From: a plasmid
Direction: 5' to 3' (one strand)
Length of the DNA: 64,000 bases
Sequence record: NZ_CP093377.1
Shown: positions 9,534 through 17,748 of the stretch, one piece after another
Layout of the letters: each line of letters starts with the position of its first letter
Position numbering within the stretch: position 1 is the first letter of the stretch
Position numbers and translations under genes: made by a program
Notes under the pieces: model-generated
Databases searched by the model: none
Seen by the model: only the letters and a program-made list of their open reading frames with translations
What the model was told of the DNA's origin: nothing

Positions 9534-9610
9534 CCCGGACTTACCTCTGACCCGATGCGGTGCTGTATAGCAGGTACCGCTCGGAACTGAATCAAACAGG
9601 AGCCTGAAAG

Positions 9611-10072
9611 ATGAACGTTAACACCCCGACCGCTGCACCAATGGCCTTTTTCGTTCCGTCTCATAACGCCGTTTATGACCGCGCAACCCGGCTGGAAGGG
9701 CAGTGGGTGACTCAGCGTGAAGCGATAACGCTGGAAGCCCTGCGCCGTTTCTATCCGGATGCGGAGCTGATCCCCGCGACTCTGGTTCAGGAAAAGCAGA
9801 ATGAAGGCTATCGCCGTCCCTGGGTGGAAATCACCGAGGCCCGGTACATCGACCAGCTGGAAACGCTGCCGCCAGTGGACTGGTGCAGAGGGTATGGCGG
9901 GGAGTCGTTCAAATCGATGGAGTTTACGGGCGGGGATGTGACCGCAATTTTCGTCCGGTACGGCGCGCGTTTCTTTGAGTGCCATGACCTGCACACCCGC
10001 CATCACCGGGAGCTGATTGGCGACGTGATCACCCGTTTCTGTCTCGATGCGCCGCTGAATTCCGCGCATTAA
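9611..10072 (+). CDS. Hypothetical leading-region protein, 153 aa
   Basis: ORF track; ATG after CAGGAGCC. Confidence 0.55.
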   Translation: MNVNTPTAAPMAFFVPSHNAVYDRATRLEGQWVTQREAITLEALRRFYPDAELIPATLVQEKQNEGYRRPWVEITEARYIDQLETLPPVDWCRGYGGESFKSMEFTGGDVTAIFVRYGARFFECHDLHTRHHRELIGDVITRFCLDAPLNSAH

Positions 10073-10159
10073 AAAAGCAGGGTTGCCCCTGCTTTCTCAA
10101 CGCCGGGTAGCCGCTGTAACGGTGAACCGGCAATCACAACCAAAGTAAGGAGATTGATC

Positions 10160-10306
10160 GTGAAATTTGACCCGCAAACTGTAAAACAGGCTGAGGCATT
10201 TGTAAATGCCCTCCGCGCCGGAAAACGTGCACACATGCCCGCGCTGCGTTTCGGCCAGTGGCAGCAATTTATGACCACCGTTTACGCTGGTCTGGGGCTG
10301 GCATAA
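10160..10306 (+). CDS. Small hypothetical protein (48 aa, GTG start)
   Basis: AAGGAGA lies 7 nt before GTG at 10160; own translation. Confidence 0.3.
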   Translation: MKFDPQTVKQAEAFVNALRAGKRAHMPALRFGQWQQFMTTVYAGLGLA

Positions 10307-10346
10307 CAGGAGGCGGCCGCCTGCGGGCGGCCGGTAAGGAGAAACC

Positions 10347-11124
10347 ATGTCACAACTGAGTTTTGAATCCCTGTTCCTGGCAGACCAGACCGAACCGCAG
10401 CCGCGGGTTTCCGCTCCTGTCCGGGTATTGTCGCCAGCTGAGGCGCGTAAGCAGTTCGCCAGTGTATTCCGCCAGACTGCGAGATATATGCACCGTTCCG
10501 AAGTGTTCCTTGCTGCCAGTGGGCTGGATATGGCGCGCATACACACGCCAGAAAACATCGAAAACAGCCGACGCATCTGCGAACGGTATCAGCCAGACGA
10601 TTTAGACGCCATGAGGCATCTGTTCTGCCTGTTGGTGGAGGGGCTGGCGGGTGAAATGCATGATTTCCTCGGCGCTCTGTATATGGAGCATGAGCTGGGC
10701 GCGGACGAAATGGGGCAGTATTTCTCGCCGTCCTCCATCTCCCGCCTGCTGGCCGGGCTACTCATGCCCGGCGCTCAGGAGACGATAAAGCGTGAGGGGG
10801 GGGATGACGCTCGATGAACCCGCCTGTGGCAGCGCCGGTATGGTCATTGCCTTTGCTTACTGGATGGCTGAAGCGGGACTGAATCCATCTGAACAGCTGT
10901 ATGCGACCTGCACTGATATCGATCCGATGGTGGCAGATATGGCCTTTATCCAGCTGTCACTGCTGGGTATCCCCGCGAAAGTCGTGACCGGTAATACGCT
11001 GACTCTGAAAGCAAATCGCGTGCGTTATACCCCCGTGTATTACTTCAATGACTGGCAGGGACGTCTGGAGTTCCGCAGCCGTTTCGAAGCGATGAAAAAC
11101 TTTCTGGCCACCGTGGCCGCCTGA
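10347..11124 (+). pseudogene. HsdM-like (N6_Mtase N-terminal motifs) gene lacking NPPF, split into two frames at a G8 homopolymer
   Basis: ORF 10347..10817 contains GQYFSPSSISRLL. The +1-frame ORF 10792..11124 contains DEPACGSAGMV and the MADMAFIQLSLLG motif. The frames meet at the G8 tract 10796-10803; removing one G fuses them into a ~258-aa protein. Confidence 0.55.
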
Positions 11125-11165
11125 CTGACAGAGCGGCAGGGCAGACCTGCCGCAGGGAGATAAAA

Positions 11166-11501
11166 ATGACAAGCAACACACTGAACGCTGTTCCGGCGAC
11201 CGTGCTGGAGACCATGGCAGAACGCCTCAACGGCCAGCCTGAACCGCTAAAAATCCGCAACAACGACGATCACGCTGCACTGGCTGCAGATGTGCTCTGG
11301 CAGTTTGCCCGAAAAACCGGGCTGAACAGGGAAAGCGAGAGCGTGCAAACTGTCATCACTGATTTTCTGGCCAATCTTCTGCACCTGTGCGAACAGTGCG
11401 ATCCTGACGGGGCAGGTATCGACGGATTTAATGCCCTGCTGAATATGGCCATGATGCATTATGAGCAGGAAAACGGAGGCGACAGCGAAGAACCAGTTTG
11501 A
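11166..11501 (+). CDS. Hypothetical protein, 111 aa
   Basis: ORF track. Confidence 0.5.
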   Translation: MTSNTLNAVPATVLETMAERLNGQPEPLKIRNNDDHAALAADVLWQFARKTGLNRESESVQTVITDFLANLLHLCEQCDPDGAGIDGFNALLNMAMMHYEQENGGDSEEPV

Positions 11502-11544
11502 TCGGGAGTCTGTGCCCTGGTGGATGCCATCAGGGCAACCGCAA

Positions 11545-12214
11545 AAAAACGCTTCCCCTTAGGGGAAACGGGGAGGGCGAAAGCGCCTCCGGCGCTCCTG
11601 CCATTCCCCGCTACCGTACTTCTCTCCTTACCTGCCTTCAGAACCGGCGTCCTGCTGGTTAACTTTCTCAGCTGCAGCTTTGTTATGGCCATAACCCGAA
11701 AGCAGGGCAGGGCGATGGCCCCCTTCGGCTCCCGGCCCGCGTGGCGGTCCGGTCGTCAAGCCCCACTCCGCCAGGGCGGTTGCTGACGCACCCGCCGGGC
11801 TCCGCCGAACCCCTTCGGGTTTCGGGCTGACGCTAGGGTCTGATGGCTGAGGTCAACCCCCGGGCTTGCACCGGCCGGAGGCCGGGCCGCCCTGACCGCG
11901 CCGGCGGAGCCGTCGCTTTAAGGCCGCCACGCCGTTCCGACGTGTCGGGTGCGTGCATCCTGTTCACCCGGTGAGGCCATCCCCCGTGCGTCCTCACGCG
12001 GAGGGCTGGTCGTAGCACCGTCGTGTCGTCATCCGAAGGGTGAAATGCACGCCGCCAAAACTTTTTGCGTGCCGCAAAAACTTTTGGCGGCGCCCTTCTC
12101 CTGCCGCCCCGCCGTCGCTCCTTTGCCCTTTGCCGCGAGAGAACTCACCAGGGAGATGGCCAACCATCACCACAGGAGAAAACCAGGATGCACACACGAA
12201 ACGTCAACGTCAAA
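11545..12214 (+). repeat. Large direct repeat copy R3
   Basis: Near-identical to R1 and R2, including the embedded start of the downstream gene. Confidence 0.85.
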
Positions 12215-12481
12215 ACCGCCGCTCAAGAATCTACCGGAAGATGTGATTCAAACCTCACCACGTCCCAGTTCACGGATCTGTTTTGCTGGGTCCTGGCAGC
12301 ATCGGAAGGGGAGCCACAACCGGCAATTTTTACGCCGCCAGAGAATGCCACTGAGCTGACGTTAATTAATGACGAATGCCCGGATTATATCTCTGTCTGG
12401 GTTGTGGATGGTCGCCCGGTGGCAGCTGCAATGCCGCTGGATAATTTTCACCGCGTTATTCCTTCATCATTTGCTAAATAA
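12188..12481 (+). CDS. Hypothetical protein, member 3 of the MHTQNVNVKTAA family (97 aa)
   Basis: ATG at 12188; N-terminus MHTRNVNVKTAAQEST. Confidence 0.6.
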   Translation: MHTRNVNVKTAAQESTGRCDSNLTTSQFTDLFCWVLAASEGEPQPAIFTPPENATELTLINDECPDYISVWVVDGRPVAAAMPLDNFHRVIPSSFAK

Positions 12482-12497
12482 TCAGGAGTAAATAAAA

Positions 12498-13319
12498 ATG
12501 GTCAGTTTCGCAAGCCGCTATCGTATGCCTTCCTCGATCCGTAAAGACCGTCCGCTGACGAATGAGGAATTACAGCTCATCGTTCCGAGCGCGTTCTCAT
12601 CGGATAAACACGATTCACGCTCTGAACGTTATACATATATCCCGACCATAAACATTCTTGACCGTTTACGTGATGAAGGGTTTCAGCCGTATTATGCAAC
12701 GCAGTCACGCACACGTGACCAGGATAAACGCGAATTTACAAAACATATGCTTCGCCTGCGTCGTCATGACCAGATTAACGGGAAAGAAGTACCGGAAATT
12801 ATTCTGCTGAATAGCCATGATGGTTCAAGCAGCTATAAAATGATCCCCGGTATGTTCCGTCAGGTTTGCAGTAATGGTCTGGTTGCATGGAAGGATTTTG
12901 GTGAAATCCGCGTACCCCACAAAGGGGATATTGTCGGGCAGGTTATTGAAGGCGCTTACACGGTGCTGAAAACATTTGACGCGGTTGATGAAAATATTGA
13001 CCTCATGAAAAGCATTCAGCTCACTTTGCCTGAGCAGCGCCTTTTTGGTGCGACCGCACTGGAACTTAAGTACGATGGAAAACCAGCGCCGATTACGCCG
13101 GAGCAAATTATTAACCCCCGCCGGGTACTCGACAGAGGCCAGGATTTATGGACCACGTTTAACGTGGTACAGGAAAATGTGATCCGTGGGGGGATTCGTG
13201 GCAGAACGCAAAAAGGGAAGGTGACCAGAACGCGGGAAGTCACCGGAATTGATGGTGACATCAAATTAAATCAGGTGCTCTGGAAAATGGCGGAGGAGTT
13301 TGCAAAACTTAAGGCCTGA
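12498..13319 (+). CDS. DUF932-like plasmid/phage-related protein, 273 aa
   Basis: Size and position (leading region next to oriT) are typical of DUF932 proteins. RBS CAGGAGTAAATAAAA precedes the ATG. Confidence 0.6.
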   Translation: MVSFASRYRMPSSIRKDRPLTNEELQLIVPSAFSSDKHDSRSERYTYIPTINILDRLRDEGFQPYYATQSRTRDQDKREFTKHMLRLRRHDQINGKEVPEIILLNSHDGSSSYKMIPGMFRQVCSNGLVAWKDFGEIRVPHKGDIVGQVIEGAYTVLKTFDAVDENIDLMKSIQLTLPEQRLFGATALELKYDGKPAPITPEQIINPRRVLDRGQDLWTTFNVVQENVIRGGIRGRTQKGKVTRTREVTGIDGDIKLNQVLWKMAEEFAKLKA

Positions 13320-13347
13320 AAATTAAGCCGCTCAACAGAGCGGCTTT

Positions 13348-13887
13348 TTACTGTCCGCTATGTAACGAGGCCGTTTCCGCAATTTGAATCGCCTTCTCCT
13401 TTCCCGCAGCTGGCGCCAGACGTTCAGAAAGCAACTTTTTTCTGGCGAGCAATACACGATATATATTTTTGATATCCTGAGCATACGCCTTGCGCTGCGC
13501 AATGAGCTTTTTGCTCGGCCCCGTATTATACATCCCTACGCTGTCCCAGTTTTTTCCGTATGACCTGAAGTTGTGCGCCAGTACCCATGCACCCGTATAA
13601 ACGCAGATGCATGGATCATTCAACAGGCGCTCTCGGGTAATATTGAAGTTTTTAAGTTTACCGTAATGAGAACTGTTCACCTGCATCCCGCAGACATCTT
13701 CTGTTCCATTTCTGTTAGATCCATTTATCGCACCCGGCTTAAGTCTGCTCTCTTTAATTGAAATTGACATAAGCAGCAGCGGATCAATTTGATAATCTTT
13801 CCCGGCCTGATCAAAGCACATCTGGGGAGCTGCGCCAGCAGACATGGATAGGGTCAGCAATGCCGCAGGGAGTATCGATATTTTCAT
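13348..13887 (-). CDS. Lytic transglycosylase (gene X / orf169-like, SLT domain) with signal peptide
   Basis: Signal peptide, then an ES catalytic-Glu motif (SISIKESRL) and NGTEDVCGMQVNS. Adjacent to oriT as in F. Confidence 0.8.
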   Translation of the reverse strand: MKISILPAALLTLSMSAGAAPQMCFDQAGKDYQIDPLLLMSISIKESRLKPGAINGSNRNGTEDVCGMQVNSSHYGKLKNFNITRERLLNDPCICVYTGAWVLAHNFRSYGKNWDSVGMYNTGPSKKLIAQRKAYAQDIKNIYRVLLARKKLLSERLAPAAGKEKAIQIAETASLHSGQ

Positions 13888-14039
13888 TGTTTGGCCTTTT
13901 AACGAAATACACGGGCTCTGGAGAGTCGCCTTAAAAAATACCCCGGCGGATCGTCGTAATCAAGTTAATTCACTACAAACGCGCGTGAGCGCTCTCCTGA
14001 AGGGATTTAACACCCGTCCGAAATAAACATGTCAGAGCA

Positions 14040-14130
14040 GTAGACGGTATTAACACGCCGCTCTTTACTAACCCTTTAAAACATCACACCCCACGCAAGA
14101 CTTCGTCTTGCAGATTTTTTCTTTAAATTC
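14040..14130 (-). other. oriT nic region (F-like), nick on the minus strand
   Basis: The minus strand reads TTGCGTGGGGTGT|GATG, which matches the F nic consensus TTTGCGTGGGGTGT|GGTG. An adjacent inverted repeat gcaagac/gtcttgc lies at 14095-14112. Confidence 0.6.
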
Positions 14131-14189
14131 AGTGGCATGATGTGTGTTTTATTTCGTAATTTTTGAGTATGCGCGCTTAAGGTGTGTGG

Positions 14190-14465
14190 ATTGACACACA
14201 TTGCAGTGCTTAATCAGGCACTGCAATGTGTGCTAATACAGCACTCTGAAGTGTGGGGATTGTGTGTATTCAATTAATAGAGTAACTTAAAAGTAGATGG
14301 TGCCTGAACCACACACATCATAGTGCCTAATGCACACACATCATAGTGCCTGATTAGCACACATCTTTAGGGATGGATTAGATATAAAATCAGTTGGTTA
14401 CCATAACACAGCACCACTGACAGTTGTTAAAGCTCGCCATTGCAGTGCCGCATCAGGCACTGCAT
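14190..14465. promoter_or_regulatory. TraM operator (sbm-like) palindromes and traM promoter region
   Basis: Repeated perfect palindromes cattgcagtgc..gcactgcaatg and gcactatgatgtgtg units lie upstream of traM. Confidence 0.55.
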
Positions 14466-14485
14466 TAGAATATCGAGAAATTATT

Positions 14486-14872
14486 ATGCCAAGAAAGAAC
14501 ATTTACTTTAAAGACAAAATTGACCGCGAAATACATGATATTCTTGAAATAGAACTACAGAAAGGGGCCACCACCTCTGAGATGAACTACTCATCAATAG
14601 TCAACGAATTAGTACGCCTTGGGCTAATGGTTTACAAATCGAAAGAAGAAGGAAGCTCATTTGACCTGGATGGCTTCAGGCGCGACCTTATAAAGAAAGT
14701 CTCCGGGTCGCGAGAAGGTATTATGATTCTGACTGCCCTTGTTTCTGACATCTTCGTTACACTCAAAGGTCCCGACTCTGGCGTGAAACTGGAAGAGCTC
14801 ATAAACACCAATATCAGTGCAATTAACGATGCGGAAGATAAAGCCGAAAAAGACCACTTCCTGGCAGGGTAA
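14486..14872 (+). CDS. traM: Relaxosome accessory protein TraM
   Basis: 128 aa, immediately after oriT. The helical C-terminus and overall pattern resemble F TraM. Confidence 0.85.
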   Translation: MPRKNIYFKDKIDREIHDILEIELQKGATTSEMNYSSIVNELVRLGLMVYKSKEEGSSFDLDGFRRDLIKKVSGSREGIMILTALVSDIFVTLKGPDSGVKLEELINTNISAINDAEDKAEKDHFLAG

Positions 14873-14910
14873 ACTAGCTTCTTTGGCCGGAACACTCCGG
14901 CCAGAATCGA

Positions 14911-15597
14911 TCACTGGGACGGCTTTTCATCCCACGGAAGGTCACTTTTCTCCACCTCTCTTATTTTTTCCTTCAGAAACACCTCGAACTCCATACAAAG
15001 AACTTTAAGCGCCTGCGCATCCTCGTTCTGGTCAAGTAACCTTTCCGTAAAATAACCCAGCGTATTCATCAGACGGGTAAGCATTTCGTCATTAAGACTA
15101 CGGTTATGAACCTTCGCCATCGCCCTGATTTCATCCGCGAGATTCTCAGGAATACGCATGCTGTAGCCAGTTGTTTTCCCTGGAAGTAAAATTCTTTCAC
15201 CCTCACGCCACACCCACAACTGCTCCTGTTTGGGCGGGACTTTAACATCTTCCGCAACATCAACGGATTCACCATCAAGTAATTTCCCCAGCCACTCCTC
15301 AAATTTCACCGCCAGTGCAATGAGACGCTCACCCTCCGCAGTTTTAATGACAGGCCTGCCTGGCTGGTAATTCAGCGACAACAAAAGCCTGGCAATAATT
15401 TCCTCATTCACGCTCCTGTTGCCAGCTCTGGCACATATTCTCAGCTCCATAAGCAGATTATCCGGAGCGCGCAATCGCCATTCCACAGCTTCACCCGGCT
15501 GGAACTTACGCGGACGGCCGCGACCATCCCACATTTTCTCTTTAACTTTCATAGCTATAGATCTCGGAGGCCATTTCCGTACTTTCTCGTCAACCAA
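14911..15597 (-). CDS. Tandem Arc/Mnt-type ribbon-helix-helix DNA-binding protein, encoded antisense to the tra operon in the traJ/traY slot
   Basis: Two internal repeats each carry an Arc-like motif (AGNRSVNEEIIARLLLSL and VHNRSLNDEMLTRLMNTL; compare Arc ENGRSVNSEIYQRV). No +strand ORF of 60 aa or more lies between traM and traA. TTG/ATG start. Confidence 0.55.
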   Translation of the reverse strand: MVDEKVRKWPPRSIAMKVKEKMWDGRGRPRKFQPGEAVEWRLRAPDNLLMELRICARAGNRSVNEEIIARLLLSLNYQPGRPVIKTAEGERLIALAVKFEEWLGKLLDGESVDVAEDVKVPPKQEQLWVWREGERILLPGKTTGYSMRIPENLADEIRAMAKVHNRSLNDEMLTRLMNTLGYFTERLLDQNEDAQALKVLCMEFEVFLKEKIREVEKSDLPWDEKPSQ

Positions 15598-15748
15598 GCC
15601 TACTCACTTACCCATTCAGATAAATCTGAATAATTCTAAAAAATGTGACATGGGTCACAGTTTTTTTTTTTTGAGGTTATGGGACAATTGCGCCCGCGTA
15701 AACAAGCACTTACGCGAATCACTTTTGTTTACCTCGGAGAAAACAAAC

Positions 15749-16102
15749 ATGTTAACCAAAGGCAGTGCCCTTAACGTCGGAAAGGGAGGGGCGGTAGCGT
15801 ATTTATTCCGTAAAGCACGCGAAAATCGCCAGACTAAATTTTACTTAAAGTCAGCAGGCGCTTTTTTAATTTCACTTATGGTCACTCACCCGGCATTCGC
15901 ATCTGGTGCTGACCTTCTTTCCTCACAGAACACCACGGTTAATTCCACCTTCGGTTCCGGCTCTTCATTGATTAAATGGTTTTACATCGCCGAAATCATC
16001 ATGGGCCTGTTTATTTACATCAAGGCCCGTTCACCGCTGGTATTCGTCGGTATCGTAATGGCAATCATCTTTACCCGTGTAGGCTTCGGCATAGCGAGTT
16101 AA
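15749..16102 (+). CDS. traA: Propilin TraA
   Basis: C-terminal TTVNSTFGSGSSLIKWFYIAEIIMGLFIYI matches F pilin TTVKATFGKDSSVVKWVVLAEVLVGAVMYM. Confidence 0.85.
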   Translation: MLTKGSALNVGKGGAVAYLFRKARENRQTKFYLKSAGAFLISLMVTHPAFASGADLLSSQNTTVNSTFGSGSSLIKWFYIAEIIMGLFIYIKARSPLVFVGIVMAIIFTRVGFGIAS

Positions 16103-16105
16103 ACG

Positions 16106-16408
16106 ATGAGCGGGGATGAGGATAAATATAACTTCCCGGAAACAATGAACCAGCAGGACCGCTATTTAGGCTTGCCAATTGATGAATTAATTGTTACCGC
16201 ACCCCTTTTAGTTTTGGGGGTGCTTAACAATCTGTCACTCGAACTGGGTGTAATCGCGGGAATCCTCTGGTTTATCGTCAGATATCTGAAAAAAGGGCAG
16301 GGATCATACTGGTTACTTAATTTCTGTTACTGGCACCTGCCATCACTTTTGTTCAAAGTAACCTTTCGCCAGATACCTGATTCAAGTTTCCGGCACTGGA
16401 GGGCATAG
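16106..16408 (+). CDS. traL: TraL
   Basis: Starts MSGDEDKYNFPETMNQQDRYLGLPIDE, matching F TraL [29 protein letters not shown]. Confidence 0.85.
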   Translation: MSGDEDKYNFPETMNQQDRYLGLPIDELIVTAPLLVLGVLNNLSLELGVIAGILWFIVRYLKKGQGSYWLLNFCYWHLPSLLFKVTFRQIPDSSFRHWRA

Positions 16409-16414
16409 TTTTTC

Positions 16415-16996
16415 ATGAAACTGAATATTAAGGGAGAGCGCGATAAACAACTACGCTATGCGTTTATTGGTCTTTCAGCTTTAACTTTACTCATGGGCGC
16501 AGGGAATGTACTGACAGGGTCACTGGCATGGTATTTCGCCACTACCCAGAAAACCATCACCACGCCATTAACGTTTAACCGCCCATTTGCATCAGATTCT
16601 AAAAGTGTCGATGCCACCGGTCTGACACAGTTCGCCGCTTCCTTTATTTACTGGCGACTCAACGTTACTCCTGAAAACATCGAACATAACCAGAAAATGA
16701 TTCTTGGATTTGTCCCTTCCGCCGAACGGGACGAACTCAGGAAAGCTCTGGATATTGAAGCTGAACGCATCAGGAAAGCGGGCATTTCCACCCAGTTCGA
16801 CACGAAAGAAATTCGAGTCATGGATGATGGCTCCGTGCAGTACAGCGGGGTTCTGAAGTCCTCCACCACTAACGGCGTAATCATCACGCCGATGAAAGAC
16901 CAGGAAAAAACCTACCGCCTGAAACTGAGTTATGAGAACGGTGTGATTAACCTCCACAGCTTCGAAGAACTCCAGCCGGTATCCACCACCAACTGA
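16415..16996 (+). CDS. traE: TraE
   Basis: 193 aa with an N-terminal TM segment; synteny and similarity to F TraE. Confidence 0.8.
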   Translation: MKLNIKGERDKQLRYAFIGLSALTLLMGAGNVLTGSLAWYFATTQKTITTPLTFNRPFASDSKSVDATGLTQFAASFIYWRLNVTPENIEHNQKMILGFVPSAERDELRKALDIEAERIRKAGISTQFDTKEIRVMDDGSVQYSGVLKSSTTNGVIITPMKDQEKTYRLKLSYENGVINLHSFEELQPVSTTN

Positions 16997-17007
16997 CAGG
17001 ACTGCCC

Positions 17008-17748
17008 ATGAAATTTCGTATTTCACCGGCAGCTGCTGCTGTGTTTCTGGCAGCGGGATTATTTAACAGCGGCCTCCGGGCCGCTTCCGCACCCGCAGCC
17101 ATTCCGTTTGAGAACGACGCCGCCTTTAACGTCACTCTCAGCAACACTAACCCGAGCAAGGTTGTTGTCGACGGAGAACTCATTACCAGCATCAGCGGAC
17201 CCACCGGTGCCTATGACCAGAGCCAGACTGACGACGGAGCACTCATTCTGTCTCCACTTGTCAGTCAGAACTTTACGCTGTTTATCCAGACAGACCGCGG
17301 CTCATCCCTGAGTCTTAACATCAGGCCGCAGCCGGGTAACGGCAAAACACTGCGCTTCACCCCGATGTCACCACCACTTCGCAGAAACGACGATGCGAAG
17401 GCATGGGAAGAAGGGCAGACCTACGAAAAAACACTGGTCGCACTGTCCCGCGCCGTCGTCAACGGTCAGGTGCCGGACGACTACCAGGAGTATCCGGTCA
17501 GCCGCATGCCGGCGTACACACCCGCCAGTGATGTACGCCTGACACCGGAACGCCAGTTTGTTGGCAATAACCTGCGCGTTGTGCGCTTCCGGATGAGCAA
17601 CCCGGGCAGCATCACCCGCAGCCTGCGCGAGCGCGATTTCTGGCGCAAGGGCGTCCGGGCCGTAATGCTGTCGCAGAACCAGCTTTATGCCGGTGGCGAA
17701 GGCTACGCCTGGATTGTGTTTTCAGGTGACGGAGACACCCGCCCATGA
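17008..17748 (+). CDS. traK: TraK
   Basis: 246 aa secreted protein; synteny with F TraK. Confidence 0.8.
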   Translation: MKFRISPAAAAVFLAAGLFNSGLRAASAPAAIPFENDAAFNVTLSNTNPSKVVVDGELITSISGPTGAYDQSQTDDGALILSPLVSQNFTLFIQTDRGSSLSLNIRPQPGNGKTLRFTPMSPPLRRNDDAKAWEEGQTYEKTLVALSRAVVNGQVPDDYQEYPVSRMPAYTPASDVRLTPERQFVGNNLRVVRFRMSNPGSITRSLRERDFWRKGVRAVMLSQNQLYAGGEGYAWIVFSGDGDTRP

